A stretch of DNA of 64,000 bases from Octopus bimaculoides (GCF_001194135.2 NC_068992.1:18133796-18197795); one strand, 5' to 3'. Shown: positions 37,401-50,995, counted from the stretch's first letter. The notes: generated by a model not told the origin, from the letters alone. Made by a program: numbers and translations.

Positions 37401-38583
37401 TCTCAATGCATCGATGTTGAGCTGCGTGGTGGAAATGAAAAGCGTTGTTTGACATGCGTCAAGGAAGTCGATAAGGATCTCTGAGATTGTACGGCACTGG
37501 ATGGTATATATATATATATATGCGTGTGTGTGTATGATATGCGAGTGTGCGTTGGTAAATAAATTTATGGATAGATAGATAGATAGATAGATAGATAAAT
37601 TAGTCTCAGTGGCTCCGTTTCTAATGTAACATTGGGTGATGTGAGACCGCGACCTAAAAATGTTTCAAACCTTGTTGATAGACTGCTCCAAGGCGAAACC
37701 CATGTCTCTCTGCCAGATCCACTTTAGAGAGCGCTCTTCTTATTCCTTCAATTAAGCACCATTCCATTTAACGAAAAAAAAAAAAAAAGGAAAGAAAAAG
37801 AAAAAGAGAAGGAGAAGGGTAGAAAGGGTAAAAAGGATAGATTAATTAACAGGAAAAATGAAAAGCACTTCATAAGGAAACAGAAACAGAAAAGCGGTCT
37901 CCCCTCGTCAATCATTGACCAAATATAACCACAATTTGAAAACGTTCACAGCAATGTTTAATTTCTTCACAAAAAGCTGTCAGTGTATAGTCAAGAGGGA
38001 GACGAAAATGTAGGAAATTAGAGAAAAATTTTAACATTCTCAGTAATGGAAAAAATATGTAGTCTTTTGACCGGAAAATTTAGGCTAGCTGTGGGGGAAA
38101 ACGGGGTAAAATACAAAAGGAAATGAGGGTATATACCAATACATATAACACTTTTCAGGACAAGATTAAGAATAGTTGTGCGAAGTAATAATACTCTGAA
38201 AGGAAAGTGTTGTATGCCTTTCGGCATTTGGGAAAGAAAATGAATAAATGAAAGACACTAAGAATTGAAGAGAAAAAAAAAAAATTAGAATGGCCAATTT
38301 ATTGGTCACTTTCAGAAAGGATTTTAAGCAGGAAATGGGAAGAGGAAGGGCTGTAGTGTCTTGTGGGCGGGAGAGAAGGAAAGCCTAAGAGGTCGGAAAC
38401 CAGAGAGAAAGGACTGTTGCGAAGAGAGCCAAAAAAGAGAGTAAGACAGAGAAGGAGAGTGGGAAAATAAAGGGAGGCATAGATGGACAGATACAGGGAT
38501 AGGAAGAGGTATAAATGGACAGATAGAATCGACGATAAAAAGGTTGATTATAGACGCAACAATTGGAAACTAGATGGATTTAC

Positions 38584-38627
<44 letters not shown>

Positions 38628-38943
38628 GAGTGCCTGCCTGTCTATCTGTCTATATCTCTTCCTCCATCTCTCTGTATCTATCTATTATGGGGCTAAAGGC
38701 AGAAAGGTTCATATATATATATATATGTACAAATTATATTTGTGTTCTGATATCCAAACTAAATAAAATGTACTCAATAATGTAATCTTGGCTCCATTGC
38801 TACACTCTGTTTCCTGTCTGTTGCACGCTTTGCAAGACTTCTTGAACAACATGCACGAAACGGAAAACTATTAATGGCAACTGAGTCACAAATTCCAGAG
38901 AATGGATGCCGACATAAATATACAAAGAGAACAGCAATTATAA

Positions 38944-38945
38944 TC

Positions 38946-39017
<72 letters not shown>

Positions 39018-39055
39018 GTGACTATGTATGTATGTATCTGTCTGACTGTCTTTCT

Positions 39056-39089
<34 letters not shown>

Positions 39090-39111
39090 CTATCTATTTT
39101 TCTATCTATGT

Positions 39112-39143
<32 letters not shown>

Positions 39144-39162
39144 GTATCTATCTATCTATCTA
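38944..39162. repeat. (TATC)n/(TGTC)n microsatellite
   Basis: Direct reading. Confidence 0.95.
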
Positions 39163-39679
39163 CCTTTCCTTCTTTCTTGTCAATAACTCACCATATCTCT
39201 ATATACACACATATGCATTCACGCACTGATATATACACGCAAACCATATAAGTTTAATGCAATGCTAAGCAAAACAATATACTGTGCTCATATATAGACT
39301 ACTATATATTAATTATCAATAGCTAGACATCTCCTTTTGTATTACAATACTTTCATCGCCATATATGGATTTTCAGGAAATACTGCATAATATCTTCCGC
39401 ATTCATACGTTGATCATTATGTTAAGAATGGATTCAACCTTTGTCACCGTGATGCTATGTTAATCTTGTACAGCGATTGTTTTAGCGATTGTCATATATT
39501 GTGTGATTCGTAAAACTCTGTGCTCTTCCATCATAAAAGTGTGTTTCTGTGCGTAAGTTCCGCGTGCATTTCTGTATTTTCGTGTGTGCGCGTTTGTATA
39601 TGTGTGTGTCCAACTATGTTTGTGTATATTCGTTGATGTGAGTATGCATATGTGTCTCCATCACTTAATCCTATATGTA

Positions 39680-39899
39680 CCGTAATCCCTCGCCATATCA
39701 CGGTTCACCTACCGCGGTTCATCAATCACGGTTCACCTATCGCGGTTTATTATTTAAGCTTACATCGATTCTTCCGTGGTGTTGTTTTGCATTTATAATA
39801 AAATAAATATATACAAATTATATAATTTTTTTAATATACAGCACAGCACTCATTCTACTTCTTTAGAACGCAACACCCGCGATAATCGAGGGATTACTG
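39680..39899 (-). mobile_element. Tigger/pogo-like MITE, copy 2
   Basis: TA-CCGTAATCCCTCGCCATATC ... GATAATCGAGGGATTACTG-TA; opposite orientation to the copies at 9108 and 58860. Confidence 0.8.
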
Positions 39900-40359
39900 T
39901 ATATGGTGAGAATTTACAAAAAAAAAAAGACAAAGACGGGTGTGTAAACAACAAACGGATGTATTATTTGAACGCTCGGGTTTTGAGAAAGTCTTTTATG
40001 TTTCGAGCCTACGCTCTTCGACAGAAAGGAACACAGAAATAAACAGGGAGAGAAAATAGAAAAAGGTTTAGTGGCTAGCGATTACTGTATATGGGTGTGT
40101 GTGTGATCATCAGTGGGCATAGTGAAACATGCACGCGTGTGTGTATGTTTATATGTGTATGTGTGTTTGCGCATATTCTTCTGCGTATTCGTTGACGTGG
40201 AAGTGCGTGTGTTCCACCATTTCTGGAGCCTATGTTTATATTCCTGCGTGTTTGTTCATTTGTGTGCATAGTGAAACATACAGGTGTGTGTATGTCTCTA
40301 TACATGTGGCAGTATGTGTGTTTGCATGTGTGTGTGGTTATATTGTGTGTGTGGTTACG

Positions 40360-40518
40360 GGGATGAGTGATCCAGCTGATCCGATGAAATGGAACGTTCA
40401 GCCTCGGGAAATCGCCATACAAGTGGCTGAGTACTACACAGACACCTATATACTTAAGGAAGTCCTCAGGGAGATCCAGTGTGACATAAAATGTGCGGGG
40501 AATTGAACTCACAATCTT
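40360..40518 (-). mobile_element. Degenerate SINE carrying the family A 3' domain joined to a B-box-like remnant
   Basis: CCAGCTGATCCGATGAAATGGAAC...AAGTGGCTGAGTACTACACAGACAC...GGAGATCCAGTGTGAC aligns to 41400-41515, then GGGAATTGAACTCACAATCTT (reverse-complement B box). Confidence 0.6.
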
Positions 40519-41364
40519 ACACACATACACGCACACACACACCCACACACACCCACACACACACACACACACACATACGCACGCGCACGCACACGTGCAC
40601 ATATATATGCGTATAAAGATATGAATATTTGTATATATATTTGTATATATATTTGTGTATGCGTGTGTTTGTGTATATATATATNNNNNNNNNNNNNNNN
40701 NNNNNNNNNNNNNNNNNNNNNNNNNNNNNNNNNNNNNNNNNNNNNNNNNNNNNNNNNNNNNNNNNNNNNNNNNNNNNNNNNNNNNNNNNNNNNNNNNNNN
40801 NNNNNNNNNNNNNNNNNNNNNNNNNNNNNNNNNNNNNNNNNNNNNNNNNNNNNNNNNNNNNNNNNNNNNNNNNNNNNNNNNNNNNNNNNNNNNNNNNNNN
40901 NNNNNNNNNNNNNNNNNNNNNNNNNNNNNNNNNNNNNNNNNNNNNNNNNNNNNNNNNNNNNNNNNNNNNNNNNNNNNNNNNNNNNNNNNNNNNNNNNNNN
41001 NNNNNNNNNNNNNNNNNNNNNNNNNNNNNNNNNNNNNNNNNNNNNNNNNNNNNNNNNNNNNNNNNNNNNNNNNNNNNNNNNNNNNNNNNNNNNNNNNNNN
41101 NNNNNNNNNNNNNNNNNNNNNNNNNNNNNNNNNNNNNNNNNNNNNNNNNNNNNNNNNNNNNNNNNNNNNNNNNNNNNNNNNNNNNNNNNNNNNNNNNNNN
41201 NNNNNNNNNNNNNNNNNNNNNNNNNNNNNNNNNNNNNNNNNNNNNNNNNNNNNNNNNNNNNNNNNNNNNNNNNNNNNNNNNNNNNNNNNNNNNNNNNNNN
41301 NNNNNNNNNNNNNNNNNNNNNNNNNNNNNNNNNNNTAACCTGATTATAATATTAATATTAAATT

Positions 41365-41746
41365 GGCTGGAACTCCGTCGGTTACGACGACGAGGGTTCC
41401 AGTTGATCCGATCAACGGAACAACCTGCTCGTGAAATTAACGTGCAAGTAGCTGAGCACTCCACAGACACGTGTACCCTTAATGCAGTTCTCGGGGATAT
41501 TCAGCGTGACACAGTGTGACAAAGCTGGCCCTTTGAATTACAGGCACAAGAGAAACAGGAAGTAAGAGTGAGAGAAAGTTGTGGTGAAAGAGTACAGCAG
41601 GGTTCGCCACCACACCCTGCCGGAGCCTCGTGGAGCTTTAGATGTTTACACTCAGTAAACACTCACAACGCCCGGTCTGGGAATCGAAACCGCGATCCTA
41701 CGACCGCGAGTCCGCTGCCCTAACCACTGGGCCATTGCGCCTCCAC
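41365..41746 (-). mobile_element. Full-length SINE family A with perfect 12-bp TSD
   Basis: TAATATTAAATT at 41353-41364 and 41747-41758; intact A box and GTTTCGATTCCC B box. Confidence 0.92.
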
Positions 41747-43086
41747 TAATATTAAATTATCTTATATTAAACAGTCGAGAACATATATAGCTTTCTTAAT
41801 GAAACGAGTTACAGATTTCTGTAAGAAATATTTAACTCCTTATAATCTGAAATACAACAAGGTGACGCATAGGAACGAAATCGTTCCTTCCCATGTTCTC
41901 GGACTGCATAAACTAGCCCTACATCCGACGCTTTTGCTACGTATACTTTATAGCATCCGTTACTTACAGTATACACTCGTGCCATACGCTTAACATATTT
42001 ATATATATATGGCTTACTGACTATGAAAGCATATTTTGTGTTGCATCAAAGGTAATTCACAATAGATAACGAATAATGACAAATGCTTTTGGTCGCATTG
42101 TATGAAAGCTAAATGCTAAGGGCAATTCAAATATACAAAATATAATGAACCAAAGAACATTTATTGAATATGTATTCACCAACCTTATAGTTCACCAAAT
42201 CGTGTAGAATCCAGGGCCCGCTCTTCAATATCGCAAAACAAATTCCTTTCTAGATTATCGTCATTATTCTTGACACCACAAATACTCAAAGAAATCCATG
42301 AAACTGATATTCACATTGTGTTTACCTTGAAACCTTGAGTTGTTATTATTCCACTGTTATTTCTTCGTTGAGACAATAGAACTTTATGCGTTAATAAAAT
42401 TAAATTGTCTTGAAATCCTACCGAAAGAGAAATTAAAATTTATCGCTCCGGTGCTCAGAATAATAATTACTAAAACACATTGAGATTCATTAGGTTATAT
42501 TCATCTTTTACAGAAAATAGCCTCCTGTTCTGTAAATTAGTAATAATCTTCATCTTTAACGTATGAAGAAGTTGCAGTTTACTATTTATCATAAAATATT
42601 TAGCCTCTTGTTTCCGTGGACTACGTGTTCTGTCAGAAATCTGAAATACATTTTCAATTTGGTGGTTATTTACACATTACATATAGAGGCAAGTTTTACA
42701 GGGAGGATTGTGACATCGATCTCAATTCATCTTTTCTGAAGGACAAAAAATAATTGCCATCTCTGATGCATTTGAATTCGTAATATAGACCTAGTTACAG
42801 TAATTATAAAATTACGTACTTATTGAAATTCTTAAAACTGCATATACATGAGTTTTTAATTACAGGTTTCCTATATCAGTAGGGGACTGTGCATATTTTA
42901 GGATAGGAATCGCTCAGTATATCGATAGCAGTGCATGACAGATATTCATTCCTTTGCGGAAGATCGAAAGGCGAAGTCATTTCAATTATCTGAATTTAGG
43001 AACTATTTTAACATAATCTTATATTCGCAATACATCTGTTAGCGTTGTGAAAAATGTTTGAAAACCAACTCCTTTAAAGTCTTGTA

Positions 43087-43275
43087 ATTATTGATTTCAC
43101 ATTTAGGCACAAGGCCAGCAATGCTAGGACGGGGTGAAGGAAGATGACCTCATTGTTCAACTGATACTATTTTATCGAACCTGTAAGGTTAAAAGGCAAA
43201 AAAAACAAAAAAACGACCTCTCAAAACATAAGCATTTTGCCCAGCGTGTTAACGATGCGGCCAGATCACCGCCTT
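43087..43275 (-). mobile_element. SINE family B, internally deleted
   Basis: GGCACAAGGCCAGCAA tail, CAACTGATACTATTTTATCGAACC core, GCGTGTTAACGATGCGGCCAGATCACCGCCTT head. Confidence 0.65.
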
Positions 43276-43931
43276 AAATCTTGTAATCATTAGCCAAAGC
43301 TGCAGGAGAATAAACCCCAGGCATATAACGTTCCAACGCCTGTAAAAACAATGAATGTTCACATTTATTAGAAACTCAATACGCTTACGAAACACGAGGA
43401 CTAAATGTGACTATCATATTTACTCATCCACAGTATTTTAGTTTTGTGCTCGGCAAGCTTTCCTTACCAGCTGCTTCCGATGGTTCACATAACAATTTTA
43501 TAACAATATTTATCTGACCGAGGAGAGAGTATCTCCGATCAAATTGCTAATAAATTTAAATAATTATAGGAATTCATTGGTATTCATTTTTAAAATAGCT
43601 TTCTCTGTGAAAATCTTTCAAATTGGTCTGCATAGAAGAATTTTTAGAATCACACTTAATGTTAAATCACAGTTAATGAATATTCATAAATCAAATGAAA
43701 CCTGCAAATTTTCTCCCAGTAGAATATTTTATAAGGTTTTCGTAGAAGAACATTATTTATTTTACTTTCAAGAATAATTCAATATGTCTCTGCAAATTTG
43801 GTATGAGATAATGAAGAGAGCAAAATTCAGCTTACAGAGTAAAATTGGAAGCAACGAAACGATGCAATGACCATTATTATAGTCATAAACGACAGCCATT
43901 TTCGTTGTTGTGTCATTGAAGAATACTGCAG

Positions 43932-43997
<66 letters not shown>

Positions 43998-44158
43998 ATA
44001 ATAATAATAATAATAATGATAATAATAATCATTTCTACTCTAGGCACAAGGCCTGAAATTTGGGTGGGAGAGGGGTTAAAGTAAATCACATCGACCCTCC
44101 ACTACTTAACTGGTACTTAATTTATGGACCCCGAANNNNNNNNNNAAGAATACTGCAG

Positions 44159-44197
<39 letters not shown>

Positions 44198-44330
44198 ATA
44201 ATAATAATAATAATAATAATAACAATAATCCTTTCTAGTGGAAGCACAAGGCCTAAAATTTTGGGGAAGGATTTAGCAATTCGCTCGGCGTGCTAACGAT
44301 TCTGCCAGCACGCTGCCTTAGTAGTAGTAG

Positions 44331-44362
<32 letters not shown>

Positions 44363-44672
44363 ACTACAACAAAATAATAGTAATTTCAAATTTTTGCCAC
44401 AAGGCCGGCTTCCGGGTGGGGATTAAGTCGATTACATTAGCCCTTGTGCATAACAGGTACTTATTTAATCGACCCCGAAAGGAGGAAATGCAAAGTCGAC
44501 CACGGCGGAATTTGAACTCAGAGCGTAGCGACGGGCGAAATACCGCTAAGCATATCGCCCGGCGTGCTAACGAGACTGCCAGCTCAACGTATTAATAATA
44601 GTAATTGTAATAATAATACTAATAATAATCCTTTCTACTGAAGGCACAAGGCCATGCAGTTTTGGAGGAGGG
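43932..44672 (-). mobile_element. Cluster of four co-oriented family B SINE pieces separated by (CTA)n/(AAT)n tracts
   Basis: Tails at about 44030, 44228, 44382 and 44628; heads ending at about 44320 and 44590; a 10-N gap at 44136-44145. Confidence 0.8.
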
Positions 44673-44721
44673 GTACTAGGAGGCAATAAACTAGATACTA
44701 GGAAGCATCAAACTAGATACG

Positions 44722-44820
44722 ATACAACACACACAAATGAAAGAGAAAATAAGAAAAGAATACTATAGACGTGTTAGACTAATACCGAAAACAGATCTCA
44801 ATGCGAAAAACAAGATAATA
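44722..44820 (+). pseudogene. Short R4/Dong LINE RT C-terminal fragment
   Basis: Translates IQHTQMKEKIRKEYYRRVRLIPKTDLNAKNKII, the conserved KEY.RR...LN..NK motif after the RT domain of R4-clade elements. Confidence 0.65.
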
Positions 44821-44879
44821 GTACTCAGCTACAGACCGATAGTATTGCAATACTGTTTCGACTCTCTTCACGCATCTCA

Positions 44880-45810
44880 GGCCTGATGCGGTGCGTGTTT
44901 TTATGCCTGTAAACGTTGACTTGGACAGATAATACCCCATCTAAAATTTCCTGTGTAGCATTGCCAGTGTAGCACTGCCAAAAGACTTTTGAGAGTTGTC
45001 AACTCTTTCGACCTGAATGTGCTACAGTAGCGGATGCTTATAACACTCGTACTCTTAACTGATCCTCTGAAGTAATTTGGATCTGCTTTCCTGCCGACGA
45101 GCTTGTCTAGCCGGTATAGTTGAGAGAGCGTTTACCAACGTTCTACACACCAGTTGCCAAAACTCTGAATACACTTGACTCATGATTATAGCTTGGTCAG
45201 ATTTATGAGCTGCAAAAAGACCTATCTTACGAAAGATCCTCAAACTAGTTCAGATTCGCTTATCTTCCTCACCGTCAGCATCTCAGTAGTGTAGACATTT
45301 TCGTATGTTTGCATATGCGTCAGTGACAGAAAGTGCCAACACATCATCAGGGACGGCATCTCGAGATTATCCGCTGGTAGCAAATTGGCATCATAACGCA
45401 GGACTTGTCTATACAATGAGAAATGGAAAAGATTGTGCTCTCGTCATGTCAACGTTTCTTGGTACATTTTACTACGGTTCACGTGGTAGTACTCTACTAT
45501 TGCAATGTATGCATAAACTACTTCTGCCTCATTTTTCTGGGACAATTTCTTCTTGACCCAATTCTAAGTGAGGTTGACCACCTTGTTAGCGACCGCTTTC
45601 CAGTTCCTATCCACCTGAAGGTCTGTCCCGAACCGGATTTTGAGCACATTCACCGATTCCTCGGTCCAACAGCAAAAATCTCCACTGCTCATTCGAATAA
45701 TGTTTAGCTGCAAACCCACTGATTTGCCCTTCCTTATGTGCGCTCTTACTATCCTTTTACTATAAGATCAATCTTTTCTATACAGAAAATATCCGACCTT
45801 GTGACACTGA
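44880..45810 (-). pseudogene. L1/Tx1-clade ORF2 fragment (late RT/thumb region), decayed
   Basis: Minus-strand translation KSVGLQL...WTEESVNVLKIRFGTDLQVDRNWKAVANKV...W.KKKLSQKNEAEVVYAYIA matches the Tx1 pattern KSVGL..WT.G.VK.LGV.FG.DL...NW...LS.KGRA.V. Boundaries approximate. Confidence 0.75.
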
Positions 45811-47009
45811 CGTCGTCCGGGGTTGCAAACAAAGGTTCTCCTTCAGTTCAGTTCGAGCTACAGAAAAATTCGTAAAATGACCTTTAAATATTTATATGAA
45901 AGATCGAAATAAATAGTGAAATAAATTTAAAATATGTAATTACTTTTAAACTTTTCTAAGAAAATTCCAAAGTTATAAAATATTGAAACGTAAAAGTCAT
46001 TTGATTTATTTTCCTTCATAAACGTAAATAAAATTTCCTTCTTTTGTTTCAAATTATAATTGTCACAACAACATTATTAGAAAGGGAGAAGAGACAAATA
46101 AGTAAAATCTAAATTCAAGAAAAGTTTGATATGAAGTGGAATAAAAGATGGCCAGAGAGAATGAAAGGTATGGTTTTGATTGAAGATGGTGTTCCAAATA
46201 ATAAAGATAAATAATTTTACTCAGATATTAAACAGTTGGAAATTTAGGAATTTTACTGTCATGAAAAAATATATTTGAAAGTGTTCTTAGGGTTTTGGTT
46301 ACATGCATAGATATACTTTCACTTGTAATTGCATCATTTACAAACATACAAACATACATACACGCACACATGTACAATCTCATATATACACACACAAAAA
46401 CACACAAACACACACACACGGGACTATACTATATTGTATTAGATCCTATTTATTATATTATATTATATTATATTATGTTATATATGATTTAATGATACAA
46501 TATAATCAACCAGAATATCGTTGAATGTAAATCAGGAACTGCTATCAGGCACATAATTGAACAATTGTCAGGTAATTTCCTGATTTAATGTTGACTAATC
46601 TAACCTTTGAAAGGGGAGTAGAGGTCGTTAATCCTCTCTTTAGATTATCGGAAGTATATCAATTAATATCTCATGCATGGGACTATATTGAGTGCAATAA
46701 GCTTGACAAATAATTGTTTGTAATCCAATTTAACACGAAATAAAGAGGCAAAATTTGTGATGAGTTACCTGCTGTAAAGAATAAAGTCCAGAAATGGCTA
46801 AAATAGCAGCCAACGTCTACTTAAAATCACGTACCGGTGAAGAAAAAAGAGTTTTCTAGAGCAATGAACCCCTTTTTTAGATGTATATCCTCACTGATCC
46901 CTAAGTATGAAATGCCTCACTCATCAAGACGCCTATTCTTTAAATATTCAAGATCAACAACATCATATTATTGAAATAGTTAAAGCGTCCGAAAAGTGAC
47001 CAGCATTTG

Positions 47010-47165
47010 TTCTGTATTCATATCTAATCGTGGTCAGCCTTGCCTTTCATCATGCTGCGATCGATAAAATAGAGTACCACCTTAGTATTGGAATCGATGA
47101 TATTGTGTAGACTCACTTCTCTCAAATTTTCCGGCCTTGTACCTAAATCAAAAATCATTAATTAA
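47010..47165 (+). mobile_element. SINE family B 3' half, degenerate
   Basis: CCTTGCCTTTCATCATGCTGCGATCGATAAAATAGAGTACC...AAATTTTCCGGCCTTGTACCTAAATC. Confidence 0.55.
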
Positions 47166-47728
47166 CAACAAATTCTCCTGACGTTGTTTGACTTGATATT
47201 TGCCAATAACGAGTAAGTATATAACGAGTAACTGCTGTCGACTAAAATTGAACGCCGGTCACACATCCCAATGTCGGAACCTCTGCACTATGGGACGACA
47301 AAGTTTGTAAACTGTATGCAGAGTATACAAAGAGTTAGTGAATTGCCCAAACAACACATATATAATCCCGAGGTTCTAATTTGTAAGAGAAACAAATATT
47401 TTTTTGCTAAAGGATATCTACACTGTGGACGTAAGAATCTATAAGCGTTAGAATATATACCTACGGCTTTGACATCTTGTCCGTTCAACAAATATATTTC
47501 ACTTCTCCTCATCCCCCTGCAGTGTAATGTTCTGTACACTTCACTGAACAGCAATGGAAAGGAAATCGATATTCCAGATCAATACATACGCATACAATGC
47601 GTGTGCCCGTACGAGTTTCTATGTATGCATATGTATGTATGAATGTGTGTGTATATATATACATATATATATATATATAAGTGCGTGAGTGTGTGTATGT
47701 ATGTGCTTCTCTCTCTCTCTCTCTATCT

Positions 47729-47780
<52 letters not shown>

Positions 47781-49415
47781 GATGAAGTCTTCATGTTTTT
47801 GTAGTCTACCTAAGCTGCACACACAGCCAACATATATACACATATATGAAAACGAAATTACTTTTGGTGGAAAGCCATTGTAAGTGGAAGTTAGCTCCTC
47901 CGTATCTCCTTCGGGGATAGAAATGAGTTTGGGTGCGTCATTTCTGCGTGTTAGGCAGTACAGAGAGAGAGACACACACACACACACACATACACACACA
48001 CACACACACACACATACACATACACACACACGGACATATACATGCACACACACACGCCCACACGGACACACACACACGCGCCCACACGGACACATACTCA
48101 CACGGGCACACATCCACACACACACACACACACAAATACACACTCATGCGTATATAAACATACAGGCCTACACATATGAGTGTATAAATACATACGCACA
48201 TATACGTATATATACACACATATATATATATTATATATACATACATATATTTATATATAGAGAGAGAGAAAGAAAGGGAGAGAGGAGAGAGGTGTGCGTG
48301 TCTGTGTTTGTATACCTGTGTGAATATCCATGTAGTTTATTTGATATTCGTATCTATGTATATTTTGTATTGATTGGAGCTAGACTGCTTAATTGTCTCA
48401 TTAGCTATACAGGAATAAAATACTAACAATCAAACAAGGTAAAACAACATTGCAGCATATGCCAATACCATCAATGTTTGGGGAATTATTTGTAGAGATT
48501 TGAGTTTAGAAAGGTTATTTCTCGTCAAAATGTCGACGAAAATAACCTTCATGAAGGAAGTCTGGGGAAACGGGTTTCGTTTCATTGACAAGTTTAAAAA
48601 GGTCATGAATATAAATAAAATATATTTTACTATTTTCTTCAGTGCCTGGCGTATTTTAATGTCAGCGTTCCGGAGTGCATTTATGCCTCATTTACTGTTG
48701 AACTTTGAACTTTACTCAAATAAATTTAGAAAAAGGAATTGAAGTCAGTATATGAGATGAATTATCTGTTGTAAAAATTTCTTTCAAAATATGTGCGCTA
48801 TATAAAATAGCAGATTAATAATAATAATAATAATATAAAAAATAATAATGATAATACTAATAATATTTATGTTTTCTATTCTCTTTTGTGATAGTAGATA
48901 TGTCATTTTTAGCTGTGTGATTTATATAATAATGCAATATGTATAATTCCTTTCCTGCTGGCAAACAAATATTTTGAACTCACATTTATAAATATAATAA
49001 AATAAAACCTGAAATGTCACTGATAGGAAGAGACTGTGAGAAATATATTTGTAGAAATGACTGAAGTTTGAACTAATCCAAGAAAATATTTGCTTAATGT
49101 AAATCCCAGATATAAAATCGGTGTTATAATGATATTTTTTATTGTATTGTTTACATAAATTTTTATCATCAGTGTCTGTCTTTTTTTTAATAACAATACT
49201 AAAAATATTGAATTCTTATACAAGGCCAAATATTTATGGATAGTAAAAATCTTTCACCTTTAGTACTTATCAGGTACTATATTTTATCTACGCAAAGAGG
49301 GTGGAAAGTTTGGTTAACTATATAAGGTTTGAAATGAAATCATAAAGAGACTTAACTAAATATTTCAGTGCAATAAATATGGCGCTCTACCTATTCTGGC
49401 ATATTTCCAAGGCAT

Positions 49416-49468
<53 letters not shown>

Positions 49469-49920
49469 ACATATATGATTCTTAGGTAACATGAGAAGAG
49501 ATCCTTTTTTCGTGTTGATACATCGCAGGGCCTTCATATGTTGTTTTGTTTTTATTATGTTCCCCGTATAACCTTTATGAAGCAATTTTTCCACTTCGAG
49601 TGGTGTTTGCCTTTATTACTGTCCTAAGTGTGTGGAATAGTCCTCTGAATGGCTATATTCAATTTGATCTCTCAGTTGGTTACTCTACTAGATATAACTA
49701 GTTATTCTTCTCATATTTTTTTTGTAATATTTCGATTTTCTCTAAGGAGAACTATACTAAAGAAGACGACTTTTTATAGTGCTATTGCTGTGCGGCTGTA
49801 TAATATTCCTCTCCTTCGACTGAAATATAATTTCAGAAATATTTAGCTATTATTGCTAAAGACTGAAAAACGACGTTGTTTTTTTTATGGTATAATTTTT
49901 TCAAGTATTCTTATTGTAGA

Positions 49921-49991
49921 TGCTTTGCTGTTTCTAATGCTTTGTTGTTTCTAATGCTTTGTTGTTTCTAATTACACTTGCTTGTTTCTAA
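49921..49991. repeat. 17-bp minisatellite TGCTTTGTTGTTTCTAA, three units plus a degenerate fourth
   Basis: Direct reading. Confidence 0.9.
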
Positions 49992-50630
49992 TACTGCTAC
50001 AACTATCGTGACAGACTGTGATGGTTGCTGTAATAGTAGTCTTCCTTGCAAAACCGCTCGCTTAGTTGCAATAAAGAATAGCGATAGCTGAGTCATTGAC
50101 TGTGACGGTAATGGCGTCGAGGATTACTATTGATAAATATCTGCGTTGTTGCTCTTGATATTGTTGCTACTGGCTTTGGTGGGGTTAGTCAAAATGTAGT
50201 GATAACGTATGGGCAAATATAAACCTAGCGGATCTCATACATTTTCGTTCACATTATACACTCATGTACGATAAATGGCTGTCTCCAATCAGTAGAAACA
50301 TTGCACAATATTTACTAATGTAAAAGTTATAATGACATAATAATCAACTTTGCGCGAAAATATATTGGTGAAACAGAGAAAAAATAAACCAAATGTCAGA
50401 TATTTTATTTGCTTGCATCGTTTAATGTTGCTCAAAAGTTAAAAAGCCAAAAGAGAGAAAAATTAATTATGGCTCAACCATACATTAAGTGTTGGCATTT
50501 TCTTTGACGAAAAGAAGTAGATATGTGAAACCTCAAGAATGATCAACGATAGGATATATAGAGTTAAGTATATCTCTTCTTATCACAATAATTCCGGATA
50601 AACTATACCTGTTTCTTTCACTATCTATCT

Positions 50631-50993
50631 ATGGGAGAATGTAGCAAGGATGGCACGGGTGAATGATGGAGCCACCTTGAGCATAATCCTATGAACCAGA
50701 AAAAGAGAAAGGAAAAAGAGAGTCACTTACTGTAATGTGTTTTTTTTTTGCATGACATTAATACCCAAGGTTACCGTGGTCTTTTCCGTAGGTTTTTCTT
50801 TCCACAGATAAACCTAATCTATTTCCCTCTTTTACAGTATGACATTTCTGTGATACATGAACCCTATTGATGGTTGTTTTTTTACACGACCCCTTTTGAT
50901 AGAATTTCTACCCACCTCTTTTTTCTCTTTCCAAAAAGAAAAGCTCAACTTTGTATTTTGTTCCCACTGTGTTCAGCCTTGTGTAGTAAATAA

Positions 50994-50995
<2 letters not shown>
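50631..50995 (+). mobile_element. L1/Tx1-clade LINE 3' end, copy 3, embedded in (CTAT)n
   Basis: WENVARMARVNDGATLSIIL* plus UTR colinear with the 15291 copy; CTATCTATCTAT (50621-50632) on the left and a long (TATC)n on the right. Confidence 0.75.

Noticed and set aside
43919-44230. Repeated AAGAATACTGCAGCT-(ACT)n-(AAT)n on both sides of a 10-N gap
   Set aside because: Probably an allelic or mis-joined overlap through the microsatellite; not treated as a real duplication without long reads.
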